Under the pieces are notes generated by a model, which was not told the DNA's origin, did not search any database, and worked only from the letters and a program-made list of their open reading frames with translations. A DNA stretch of 44,005 bases from a virus (taxonomy: Duplodnaviria > Heunggongvirae > Uroviricota > Caudoviricetes), in the IMG/VR virus record IMGVR_UViG_2579778573_000005. The stretch is one strand, 5' to 3'. Shown in pieces: positions 29,607 to 38,450 of the stretch. Position numbers and translations under genes: made by a program. The stretch's first letter is position 1; the number at the start of each line of letters is the position of its first letter.

Positions 29607-30530
29607 ATGAGATTAAAATACTCAGTACTCTTACTCGCCATTGCCCTTACAGGCTGTGATAACAAAAAAGATGAGATCGGTTGTTCTTCGGAAATAACCC
29701 AGTCAGCTCTCATGGATTTATTAAAAAAATCTGCTTATGAAGGACTCTCTGAACAGGTCGATAAATACCCTGATGTCACTAATCAGACCAAACGAAGCAC
29801 ACTGGACAAGATCAAACTAGCCATCTCTGAGATCTCCACAACATCAAGTGACACGGGCAGCACAATGAAAACTTGTGAAGGGACCGTGACGATGACTCTA
29901 TCTGCGAACGAGTACGTCCAGCTTTCAGATGCTTACAGAAAGAATTTTAATCGTAATCTCGATAAGCAAATGGAAAGCCTGTTTTTGGAGAACAACGCAA
30001 ACGCCTTTTCAAAACGTATCACCTACACCGTGCAGGCGACCGACGATCAGAAAAACGTTTTTGTAAAAACCTCTACTGATAATCCGATATCAGTGGGCGC
30101 CGCTTTACTGACATCGCTTTCCATTATCACCCCGATCGTTGAGCAGCAGAAAATCCAGCAGGCTAAGGATGCCCAACAGAGTCAAATTGAAGCGGAACAA
30201 CAGGTGCAACTCAGGGCGCAAGAACAGGCTAAGTATGAGGCGGAGAAGCAAATAGAGAGACAGGCACAACTTCAGCCGCAAAAAGCTGACAACCTTGATC
30301 AGTCCCGAATGGCATTTGCGAATGCCGACTCTGATTTGAGTACCGTCTGGAGCAAGTTAACCCCGGCGAAGAAAAAAGATTTGCTGCCTTCTCAGCGTCA
30401 GTGGATCAAAACTAAGGATGCTATGTGCGGTAAAGTTTCAATGCAGGGAACAGATGCTGAAGTCAAGAAAATGGTCGACTGCCAGACGCAAATGACCCTT
30501 TCAAGAATCGCTTTCCTCAGAAACCAATAA
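29607..30530 (+). CDS. Lipoprotein with DUF1311 (LprI-like) C-terminal domain
   Basis: Track ORF 307 aa; signal peptide with LTGC lipobox; Gln-rich coiled region; C-terminal QRQWIK..DAMCG..VDCQ pattern. Confidence 0.55.
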   Translation: MRLKYSVLLLAIALTGCDNKKDEIGCSSEITQSALMDLLKKSAYEGLSEQVDKYPDVTNQTKRSTLDKIKLAISEISTTSSDTGSTMKTCEGTVTMTLSANEYVQLSDAYRKNFNRNLDKQMESLFLENNANAFSKRITYTVQATDDQKNVFVKTSTDNPISVGAALLTSLSIITPIVEQQKIQQAKDAQQSQIEAEQQVQLRAQEQAKYEAEKQIERQAQLQPQKADNLDQSRMAFANADSDLSTVWSKLTPAKKKDLLPSQRQWIKTKDAMCGKVSMQGTDAEVKKMVDCQTQMTLSRIAFLRNQ

Positions 30531-30543
30531 CTGAAGTCTCCTT

Positions 30544-30579
30544 CAAGCTGGCGCCAGGTGTTAACCTGGTGCCAGCTTA
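30544..30579 (+). terminator. Long hairpin after lipoprotein gene
   Basis: ~15-bp imperfect palindrome centred on GTTAAC; no U-tract. Confidence 0.3.
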
Positions 30580-30608
30580 GTCATCAAGTGCATATGTAAC
30601 TGTTTTAT

Positions 30609-30680
30609 ATGGGCGGTACTTTGACAGAGGTATTCGGTCTCGTGCTGGTCGTGGTCAAATACCTTTTTAAGCGCAAATAG
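30609..30680 (+). repeat. Direct repeat copy B (orphan copy of membrane-protein gene 3' end)
   Basis: Would encode MGGTLTEVFGLVLVVVKYLFKRK; 6 mismatches to copy A. Confidence 0.8.
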
Positions 30681-30704
30681 AGTATTTCCGCCCCAAACAA
30701 CCTG

Positions 30705-31541
30705 TCAAAATGCTGAATTAGCAACGGATATAGCCGACTTTTTCCCCATTACCATCAATTTATCCAGTGTCATACTTCGCAGATTGTCGCTGTGGATCAC
30801 CAGATACCCTGCCCGCTCAGCGATCTCTTTGAAAGCGTCAAAGGTCATCAGATGTTCGCCTTTGGCAACATGGCGCATCCCGGTCACTTTTCCATTTTTG
30901 ATAGTGGTGATAAAAGAAAAATCTGGAATGGTTGGGTGATTTTCATCGAGTAGCAGGCAGTGGATGTATTCAATCGCCTCTAACATTTGCGTCTGTGACA
31001 GTTGTTCTATGTGAGAGACGGCGAAGCGTTGATGAATCATGGTGTAGGCATCGGGATACATCATGCCTTTCTTGCCGACCAGTATATTAACGGCATCACG
31101 CAAGGGAGTACGGTCATCGGTAGTTGTACTCCGCCTCTCTGGACGCTGGCTAAAATAACAATCTTCCAGCTTTTCGAAAACTTCCCAGGCCTGTTCTGTT
31201 TCCAGCATTTTGGCATGGCGAGCTGCGCCGCGTTCTGTCCAGAGAATGAGGGATCGGGTATGTTTAGCAACTGACTGACTATCTGTCAGTCTGTTTTTGA
31301 AGTCGCGTAATTCATTACCTTCCAGCTTAAAAAAATGCTTTCCTACGACAAATCTGGCGATGTTGCGCTTGAAGTTTTGCTGGATACCATTTACTTCCGT
31401 GCCATACAAACTGGCAAGCAATTCAGTAGTGATGACGGGAAGTTGGTTATGATGTAGCGGAGAAAGGGATTCCGCAGATATTTGGACTGTCATCGCAGTG
31501 GCCTCACTTAGTGTTTTTTTCATCACCACCAGCGACGCCAA
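30705..31541 (-). CDS. Phage antirepressor-like protein (ORF6N-type N-terminal domain)
   Basis: Track ORF 278 aa; start uncertain (internal ATGs at ~31523 and ~31493). Confidence 0.45.
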   Translation of the reverse strand: MASLVVMKKTLSEATAMTVQISAESLSPLHHNQLPVITTELLASLYGTEVNGIQQNFKRNIARFVVGKHFFKLEGNELRDFKNRLTDSQSVAKHTRSLILWTERGAARHAKMLETEQAWEVFEKLEDCYFSQRPERRSTTTDDRTPLRDAVNILVGKKGMMYPDAYTMIHQRFAVSHIEQLSQTQMLEAIEYIHCLLLDENHPTIPDFSFITTIKNGKVTGMRHVAKGEHLMTFDAFKEIAERAGYLVIHSDNLRSMTLDKLMVMGKKSAISVANSAF

Positions 31542-31765
31542 TCATCTGGTGGTGAGCTGTGCAGGGTTGGCGTAACCGGCTAAGTGAACCCGGCGCTTCC
31601 ACAGAAGCCCCCACACAGCCCACCATAATGCGAATGTGGCCGTGCCTAACACATAAAAAAACCGCTAACGCGGCTATGCGTCACTTAGATATCCGGGACG
31701 CCAATCCCGGCAACCGATTTTGCGGCTGCGCGGAAACTATAGCCCCGGACTTTTTCTAAGTCAAT

Positions 31766-31987
31766 TCAATCAACTTCAAACCTCCGGTGTTCACATTCCA
31801 TACACTCAACGGGAACATCATCGCGATGCAAGTCCACATATCCGACCCGCTTATACAACTCAATAATGTCCGGTAACGTGACCAGATGTTTTTCCGGTTC
31901 CAACACCTCAGCCCGGGTTACTTTGTAATCTGAAATATAGAGCACTATCCGCCCGTTCCGTGGTAACTCCAGTTTATCGCCAAACAT
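31766..31987 (-). CDS. Hypothetical small protein
   Basis: Track ORF 73 aa; operon context. Confidence 0.3.
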   Translation of the reverse strand: MFGDKLELPRNGRIVLYISDYKVTRAEVLEPEKHLVTLPDIIELYKRVGYVDLHRDDVPVECMECEHRRFEVD

Positions 31988-32174
31988 GTCCTTTCCCTCC
32001 GGGAAACCAATGATATTGACGATATTACACCCACAACGATTCGTTTTACGTCACTCCGCAATCACCATACATCCGTACCAATCCGTACATTCCCACCACA
32101 AAAACGATATTTGACAGGCACTGGTAATAGATTTTTAACGCGTGCTATTGCCTTGCGACGTATTTTCAATTCAC

Positions 32175-32399
32175 TCATACAGCCTCCCTGCTCTCAAACG
32201 GACGAATATTGGTTGGTTCTCCACACGGAATAGCCCAACCCAGCCAGGTAAATATTTTCAGGTCACACATCGCGTCATACCGTTCGCCAGGATTCACATC
32301 CACCATGCTGCAGGCAATTTCATATTGTTCACCATTATCAGTCAGTGCGATCTGGTCATTAATAAACCGGGGCACAAATGCAAGAAAAAGTTCTTTCAT
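32175..32399 (-). CDS. Hypothetical small protein
   Basis: Track ORF 74 aa; stop/start overlap with neighbour. Confidence 0.3.
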   Translation of the reverse strand: MKELFLAFVPRFINDQIALTDNGEQYEIACSMVDVNPGERYDAMCDLKIFTWLGWAIPCGEPTNIRPFESREAV

Positions 32400-32707
32400 G
32401 AAATTCTCCGCTCAAAATAAACAAACTGATTCACCGCTCCGATCGGCATTTCGAGTTTTTCTGCGATATCCTGGCGATTAATACCCGACTGATGTAATTC
32501 CCTTGCCAGCTCGATATCTTCCTGGAGGTATTTCACTGACTGGTGATAATTACCCCGCAGATACATACAGATTTTCAGCTCGCGCGCTTTTGTGCGTACC
32601 GCTGCACCGGTTCTGCCAATAAGCTGCCCTATACGTTCAACTGTCATGCTGCCCGCACATTGTTTGATGATTACGACTTCCGCACGCACCCACCGTTTGT
32701 ATTTCAT
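32396..32707 (-). CDS. Putative DNA-binding protein
   Basis: Track ORF 103 aa; two HTH-like segments. Confidence 0.3.
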   Translation of the reverse strand: MKYKRWVRAEVVIIKQCAGSMTVERIGQLIGRTGAAVRTKARELKICMYLRGNYHQSVKYLQEDIELARELHQSGINRQDIAEKLEMPIGAVNQFVYFERRIS

Positions 32708-32940
32708 TGTTCCATCACCCCTCTCCAGTAGTTCAGACGCTCTCTGAAAAATTCCCGGTACGTATCTGGCGTCATTCCGATTTGCTCAATCACGCTTCCC
32801 CTCGGAATACGTTTCTCAAAGAGTTGGCGGATCAGCGCCGCCGCTCGCATGTCGTAGTGCTCTTTAAGCTGGTATTCCTGGGGCCATTTGGCGCGGTTGT
32901 GTGGTAAGCCGGGCGGCAGGTAATCTGATTGCCCGGCCAT
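32704..32940 (-). CDS. Hypothetical small protein
   Basis: Track ORF 78 aa. Confidence 0.3.
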   Translation of the reverse strand: MAGQSDYLPPGLPHNRAKWPQEYQLKEHYDMRAAALIRQLFEKRIPRGSVIEQIGMTPDTYREFFRERLNYWRGVMEQ

Positions 32941-32941
32941 A

Positions 32942-33352
32942 TCACGCCCCTTTCTTTGCTATCGGAGTGATGGAACTCAGCAGCAGGCGGCAGCGACCAG
33001 GCGCGCCAATGCGCTGCCCGGTTATCTTGTCGTAAGTTTCATGCGGTGAGGCACACCAGGTTGTCGCTGTTTCGTGGAGTTTCACTTGCCGCTCACCATT
33101 TCTGCGAATCGCGATCCCGGTGTGCGTTTTGCCCTTACGTTTCACTGCTGGCGCTGCGGCTACGGATGCCTGACGGGCAGGCTTAGCAGGGGTTGAAAAA
33201 TTGCCTGCTTTAGGTCTTGGCACAAAAACCGCGCGAGTGCGCGCACGTGGCCCGACGTTCATATTCCACAAAATGACGTCGAGATAGTTTTTACCGTCGT
33301 CTATGTGTCCTTTGTCCGACGGGTACTCTAATTTGCCTGGAGTGGTGGTCAT
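32942..33352 (-). CDS. Hypothetical protein
   Basis: Track ORF 136 aa. Confidence 0.3.
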   Translation of the reverse strand: MTTTPGKLEYPSDKGHIDDGKNYLDVILWNMNVGPRARTRAVFVPRPKAGNFSTPAKPARQASVAAAPAVKRKGKTHTGIAIRRNGERQVKLHETATTWCASPHETYDKITGQRIGAPGRCRLLLSSITPIAKKGA

Positions 33353-33390
33353 TGGTCTTTCCTCGGTTATTTCACGCTGGTCAGGCGTGG

Positions 33391-34833
33391 TTAAAATTCA
33401 TTTGTGCGAGAATTATCGCTACGGGAATAACGTTTATTTTTTTCTGAGCGGTCGTTGGTAAGGCGATAAACCTCCTCATCGCTGATATCAATAACTGAGC
33501 CATTTTTCATCAGGGCATAGGCTGTTCCCGATGGTCCTTCGCGGTTCAGACGTAGCAACATTTCCATGAGATTTGGGTCGGCATTTTCGTTATAAACAGC
33601 ATCACGATAGAGGCCAATCCAGACATCGCAATCTTGTTCGATCTGCCCGGTATCTTTACTGTCGCTCGGGTTAGGCCGCTTATCGGCACGTTCTTCAAGC
33701 TTTCGGTTGAGTTGCGTCAGCAGGACCACAACACAATCCAGCTCTTTTGCCAGGTTCTTCAAACCGGTTGTGATATCGCCATACGCAATATCCCTACGCT
33801 CTGCCGATTCGGTCTTCATCAGCGTCAAATAGTCAATTGCCACCAGGCCAACCGAGCCACGCATCCGTTTAACTTTTCGACATTCAGCGACAATATGCGC
33901 AAGGGTTACACCTGCCGTGCTGTCAATCATCATGTTGGATTCGGCAATCTCCCCCGCCTTTGCTATTGCGAGACTCAATTCAGATTCATCGTTAGGGCCA
34001 AGATAAAAAATCTCCGAATTGACCTTTGCTTCCTGCGCAACCATGCGTTCAATGAGACTTCTGTCAGTCATTTCCAGGCTAAATACCAGCGTCGGCAAAC
34101 GATGATTCAGAGCAAAATGCACCGCAATTTTATTAAACGCGGCTGTCTTGCCCATTTTTGGCCGGGCACCAATAACGACCAATGAACCTCTTAACGCCTG
34201 CTTTGGTGCCATTAAGCGATCAAGGCTTTCGATTCCGAGCGTTAGTCCGGCTGCATGTGCTGGATCATTGAAACGGCGCTCAAGGTCATCTATCCAGTCA
34301 TCGACGACTTCACTTGCCGGACGCAAACCGCCCTTATGCCCGGTACGGGAATGTTCGGCCACCTGCCCAATCACTTGCTGAACGGCGGTGATCCTGTCAG
34401 TAGCAGTCATATCTGCAGGCTGGATCATAATCTCCAGACAAGAATTCAACTTTTCCACGGCATAACGAAGAATGGCTTTTTCACGTACAATTTTCGCGTA
34501 GTTGACCATTGAGGCCGGAATCGCCGCCTTACTCATTTCAGCCAGGTATGCGAATCCCCCCACGCGCTCATACAGCCCCTTCGATTCCATCAGTTCGGTC
34601 AGTGTTATCAGGTCAGTTGGTTTATCAGCTTGAAATAATCCTTTGATCTCCCGGTAGATAACCTGATGCGCATTGATATAAAACGTTTCCGGTTTCAGTA
34701 ACGCAAATACCGCATTGGTTCTGTCGTGGTCGGTATTCAGCATCAGACAGCCCAGAACAGCCTGTTCTGCGTCAACGCTGTACAGTGCAATCGCGTTATT
34801 TATCATTTGCGCGTTCTTCCTTGACCGAAACAT
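33391..34833 (-). CDS. Replicative DNA helicase (DnaB family)
   Basis: Track ORF 480 aa; N-terminal EQAVLGCLML and RecA-like ATPase core (GARPKMGKT); start probably ATG 34806. Confidence 0.85.
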   Translation of the reverse strand: MFRSRKNAQMINNAIALYSVDAEQAVLGCLMLNTDHDRTNAVFALLKPETFYINAHQVIYREIKGLFQADKPTDLITLTELMESKGLYERVGGFAYLAEMSKAAIPASMVNYAKIVREKAILRYAVEKLNSCLEIMIQPADMTATDRITAVQQVIGQVAEHSRTGHKGGLRPASEVVDDWIDDLERRFNDPAHAAGLTLGIESLDRLMAPKQALRGSLVVIGARPKMGKTAAFNKIAVHFALNHRLPTLVFSLEMTDRSLIERMVAQEAKVNSEIFYLGPNDESELSLAIAKAGEIAESNMMIDSTAGVTLAHIVAECRKVKRMRGSVGLVAIDYLTLMKTESAERRDIAYGDITTGLKNLAKELDCVVVLLTQLNRKLEERADKRPNPSDSKDTGQIEQDCDVWIGLYRDAVYNENADPNLMEMLLRLNREGPSGTAYALMKNGSVIDISDEEVYRLTNDRSEKNKRYSRSDNSRTNEF

Positions 34834-35551
34834 AGCAGCGTTCGGTAATCAGATAATCAAGATTTTTACGCCGCCAGAATCCTCCCCTGCCATTTGGCCT
34901 GTCCTCCAGCATCCAGCGACAATTGCCACCGATAAATTCCAGATAGGCCCGCCAACGGGACTCATTGAAATTGAATTTTTTCCAGAAAGTGCGAAGGTGT
35001 TTTTTTCTGCCGTCAGTGAGGATTTTCACTGGTGGCATCTCTGGCAAAATCTCGTGATAGGTATCGAGTATCACCTGATAATTTATTCTCTGGTCGGCAG
35101 GTTGTTGGGTGTCGGCGTCAGCCGATTCACCATCAGTAATAATCTCTGTAGTATTCTCTGTAAGAATGTTTGTTGGTTTTCCACGTACAGGCCTGGTGGT
35201 TTTCCCCTCACCTGTATGTGGTTTTTCCGCATCCTTGTATGCGGACGTAAGTAGCTGGCACAACACATCATTATCGATTTTGTAGTACAGCCTGGCAGGC
35301 AAGCCCTGTTTACGTTCCAGCAAGACGCCGAGACCACGTAGTTTTTTGCGCGCGCCCTCCTGCTCGTATCGTGAAAGCCCTGTTTCCTCTTCCCACTCAT
35401 CCTGGGTTTTATATACCCAGCCGTCGTCAGTTGTTCTGTTTGTCCAGTACGTCAACTGCGACAGAAACAATGCGGCAGTCACGCCCATTTCAAGACGGAT
35501 AAAACTTCTCTGGAAGGCTATGGGTCTATCAAGTAACGGGAGGATGTTCAT
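34796..35551 (-). CDS. Replication initiation protein (lambda O-like role)
   Basis: Track ORF 251 aa upstream of and overlapping the helicase gene; contains iteron-like repeats. Confidence 0.5.
   Translation of the reverse strand: MNILPLLDRPIAFQRSFIRLEMGVTAALFLSQLTYWTNRTTDDGWVYKTQDEWEEETGLSRYEQEGARKKLRGLGVLLERKQGLPARLYYKIDNDVLCQLLTSAYKDAEKPHTGEGKTTRPVRGKPTNILTENTTEIITDGESADADTQQPADQRINYQVILDTYHEILPEMPPVKILTDGRKKHLRTFWKKFNFNESRWRAYLEFIGGNCRWMLEDRPNGRGGFWRRKNLDYLITERCYVSVKEERANDK
35174..35240. repeat. Three iteron-like direct repeats (TGGTTTTCC ... TGTATG, ~22-bp period); candidate origin
   Basis: Repeats start near 35174, 35197 and 35218, inside the initiator gene, next to an AT-rich stretch. 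Confidence 0.4.
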
Positions 35552-35772
35552 ATGCCCAAAGCCTCTGAGAGAACGCGACAGCCAGCCTCATAGGCAGCGC
35601 CAGAGAGATTTTGCTCACGCAGTTTCGCTTTTTCTTCTTCGTACTTTTCCCATACAGAACGTGCAGCTGCGACGCGGCCATCGAATATGGGGCGGATCTC
35701 TGCAACATGTGCCGGGCGTCCATTCAGGTGCCAGCCGTTACGCCAGGTAATGCGGTCAATATGTCTTAACAT
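35548..35772 (-). CDS. Hypothetical small protein
   Basis: Track ORF 74 aa. Confidence 0.3.
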   Translation of the reverse strand: MLRHIDRITWRNGWHLNGRPAHVAEIRPIFDGRVAAARSVWEKYEEEKAKLREQNLSGAAYEAGCRVLSEALGI

Positions 35773-35811
35773 CGGTCTTTCCTCGGTATAAGTTAAACGC
35801 TGGTCAGGCGC

Positions 35812-36288
35812 TCATGCATGGTGGTCTTGCGCAGTGCGTATCACTGCTCCTCGCGTCGCTACCAGCGCCGCTATTGCTTCGTCAATTTCCTGAATAGTTA
35901 ACTCTGGCGCGAAGTGGAGATGTACAGCGTTAATCGCTTCCACCCCTTCTTTTGCCGCCAGCGTTGCCAGCAAAACGGGATCGCCCGGCGACTCCAGACG
36001 TGCCCGCCGTTCTGCGGGTAGCACGGCTTTCATCACACTGGCCAGCACCTGAGTTTTTCGGCGCGCCGCCGTTGTCTCGCCACGTAACCAGCGAAAGATT
36101 TTCTGCCGATTGTTGTTGATGGCTCTCCAGTCCACGTTGCCGTCCGCGTCCTCAAATTCATGTAGTCTCAACTCATCATTGCGTCCCTGACTGAACCAGG
36201 CCCGGCAGATTTCAATCGTGACGAGTTCCTGCCCTGCCCTTGCCGCCCAGGTCAAAATCTCTTTTTGTAATTCCTCTTGGTTTTCCAT
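35812..36288 (-). CDS. Putative CII-like lysogeny regulator
   Basis: Track ORF 158 aa immediately downstream of cro. Confidence 0.4.
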   Translation of the reverse strand: MENQEELQKEILTWAARAGQELVTIEICRAWFSQGRNDELRLHEFEDADGNVDWRAINNNRQKIFRWLRGETTAARRKTQVLASVMKAVLPAERRARLESPGDPVLLATLAAKEGVEAINAVHLHFAPELTIQEIDEAIAALVATRGAVIRTAQDHHA

Positions 36289-36346
36289 AGCGTCTCCTGT
36301 CGCTAAAAATTGATTACGCTTAATCAGATTTGGGGCTCACCAACAG

Positions 36347-36577
36347 TTAAGCTGCTTCCGTTTTAGGCAAGCTGTCATCTGGGTTTGGGTAAAGATCCGG
36401 TCTAAGATCATGAGGGGTCACGCGCCATTCAAGAGCTTCAGATGTGCGCAAAACCTCTTCACCGGGAACCCGTCCTTTGAACCAGAGGCTTACCGTTTGT
36501 GGTTTTTTCCCTAATCGCCGCCCTAACTCGGATTGACTCATTACGGAAAGAATTTTGTCTTGCAGTTGTTTATCCAT
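36347..36577 (-). CDS. cro: Cro-like HTH repressor
   Basis: 76 codons from ATG 36577 with AAGGAG RBS (track ORF extends to a TTG at 36613); HTH QSELGRRLGKKPQTVSLW; divergent from the repressor gene. Confidence 0.6.
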   Translation of the reverse strand: MDKQLQDKILSVMSQSELGRRLGKKPQTVSLWFKGRVPGEEVLRTSEALEWRVTPHDLRPDLYPNPDDSLPKTEAA

Positions 36578-36602
36578 ATGGACTCCTTGTGTCCGCGTCA
36601 TC

Positions 36603-36642
36603 ATTACAAACAATAACTGTAATTACAAATTATATTTGCAAT
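36603..36642. promoter_or_regulatory. Rightward operator region: two overlapping ATTACA-N9-TG(T/C)AAT sites plus pR -10
   Basis: ATTACAAACAATAACTGTAAT (36603-36623) and ATTACAAATTATATTTGCAAT (36622-36642); minus-strand TATAAT at 36629-36634. Confidence 0.5.
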
Positions 36643-36675
36643 GCTCCCTACAATTAAACCTTGTATCCTTACGGT

Positions 36676-37089
36676 ATGAACACAAAAACGAAAAACATGG
36701 CTTTTGCTAGCCGACTACAACGGATTCTAAAAGACTTAGGCTGGTCTCAATCTGAGTTAGCTCGCCATATTGGGGTTACGGCTCAATCAGTTCAGGCATG
36801 GTGTAATGGGGTAACTCCAAGAAAAGATAAATTAGACAAGCTAGCAAAAGTGACCGGATACCCTGTTCATTTTTTCTTCATGAATGAAGGGGAATATTTG
36901 GATGAATCCACACTACACCCGGGTAATTACAATCAAGAACTAACCCCGCAAGAACAGGCTCTACTGCAACTATTCAGAGGACTGCCTGAGAGCGAAAAAA
37001 ATAAATTAATCAATGAGCTAAAAGAAAAAAGAGAGCACTTCGATCTACTGCTAAAAGAACTACTTGAAGCCAAAAACCAGACAAAATAG
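36676..37089 (+). CDS. Prophage repressor (CI-like, HTH only, no S24 peptidase domain)
   Basis: Track ORF starts at TTG 36661; first ATG 36676; HTH WSQSELARHIGVTAQSVQAW. Confidence 0.65.
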   Translation: MNTKTKNMAFASRLQRILKDLGWSQSELARHIGVTAQSVQAWCNGVTPRKDKLDKLAKVTGYPVHFFFMNEGEYLDESTLHPGNYNQELTPQEQALLQLFRGLPESEKNKLINELKEKREHFDLLLKELLEAKNQTK

Positions 37090-37207
37090 TTCAGTTCAAA
37101 TTTCCAGGCCAGCCGCTGCTGGCATGCAACTTTCCCCTAACACAAAAACACCTTTACACAGTGAATATTTTTTTGCCCCTCACTACAAATTATTTTTTAA
37201 AAACACA

Positions 37208-37236
37208 TTGACCATTACAAATACAAATTGTAAAGT
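37208..37236 (+). promoter_or_regulatory. Candidate early-left promoter pL with embedded operator
   Basis: TTGACC-17-TAAAGT; the 17-bp spacer is an ATTACA-N9-TGTAAA site (37214-37234). Confidence 0.5.
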
Positions 37237-37804
37237 CACTTTCATCAACAACGCTTACCCAGCGGCAGTTGTTCAGAAACACGTTCTGACAGCCGGAAAG
37301 ACGGCACCAAATTTTGCGCGTCGGCGCCAACACGGTGACAGAGGGAAAGACTTCACCGGCATATGGCACATGTGTCGAAGCGGTCTGGATGGAAGCGGAG
37401 CCTTAACGCGTTGTCTCCATAGCAGGTAGCCGGAATGTGCAAGCCACAGCCAGGTATGAGCGATTGATTCACCATCAAGGCGATACGGTGTGACCACCAG
37501 GGAAGAGTCCTGGCTACAACACGAGAGCGCACTTCATCGACTCAACTTTGAGCTTTGTCGTTAAATTTTGAAATGGCGGAGTGCGCTCCCGGTTGTGGTG
37601 AACAGGTGTTTAACGGGAACTCCCTGCCCGTTACCCGGTTCGATTCCGGGCGCCCATCATCAATTTGCTGTGTTTAGTCTTTGCCCAGTCCGCACGATGG
37701 GCCATTTTTTCACACAGCCAGGTTTTATCGCTGTGCCTGAGTCCCCAACAGGAGAGGCCAAACCCGCAGCGTGACACCAGGGAAAGACCGGAGGAAGTAC
37801 CACG

Positions 37805-37871
37805 CCTGACCAGCGTTGACCATGAGCCTGACCAGCTCAAAACAGGAAAGACCAGCCCGGGCCTGACCAGC
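37805..37871 (+). repeat. Three direct copies of CCTGACCAGC within ~70 bp
   Basis: Copies at about 37805, 37827 and 37862 in the ORF-poor leader. Confidence 0.5.
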
Positions 37872-38099
37872 CCTGTACGGTCGTAATGGAAACATAACGA
37901 CGCCGGAAACGTAACCGGCACCCTTTAGATAGCAAAAGACCCGCACAAGGCGGGCCAGTTACCCCGAACGGCGACCAAACCATTCGGATTTATCACAAGT
38001 GACCAAACTTGTGATGAGGAAAGACCAACGACACTGACGCTATGGAAGCTGATCAATATTCGCTGATCGGCTCTGAGTATACATTACCAAGGAGTCGCT

Positions 38100-38420
38100 A
38101 TGGAAGCGCGCACCATCCCAGTAACACTCTTTATTCATTATGCAACTTCAACTTTCAGCCACGAAAAGCTGCTTGTTGCGACTGTTGATATGTCAAAAAA
38201 TTTTCCAGACAGGTACATCCTTCTGGAAAGCCGCGAAATTGAAATTACCGTTAACCAGCCCGAGCCAATCGACATCATCGGTTTACAGGTCGAGCAACTG
38301 CGTGAACAAAAACAGAAAACAGTCGCCGACGCCCAACAGCGTATTGCTGCTATCGATGACAAAATCCAGCAGTTACTTTGCATCGAATACACGCCAGATA
38401 CCGATGAGCTCCCCTACTAA
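38100..38420 (+). CDS. Hypothetical early protein
   Basis: Track ORF 106 aa; AGGAG RBS. Confidence 0.45.
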   Translation: MEARTIPVTLFIHYATSTFSHEKLLVATVDMSKNFPDRYILLESREIEITVNQPEPIDIIGLQVEQLREQKQKTVADAQQRIAAIDDKIQQLLCIEYTPDTDELPY

Positions 38421-38450
38421 AAACCACTGACCTGTAATGAGGAAAGACCA

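Noticed and set aside
30705-31765. LexA box upstream of the ORF6N-type antirepressor-like gene
   Set aside because: Searched the upstream 220 bp for CTGT-N8-ACAG and found none; only a CACCACCAG...CTGGTGGTG hairpin over the start region
37560-37660. Complete tRNA gene around the GGTTCGATTCC motif
   Set aside because: Only the T-arm and part of an acceptor strand are convincing; no D-arm or anticodon arm could be folded and there is no CCA
37064-37946. Six overlapping track ORFs (61-121 aa) on both strands downstream of the repressor gene
   Set aside because: Mutually overlapping in several frames, no RBS, first one starts upstream of the inferred pL; treated as non-coding leader rather than genes
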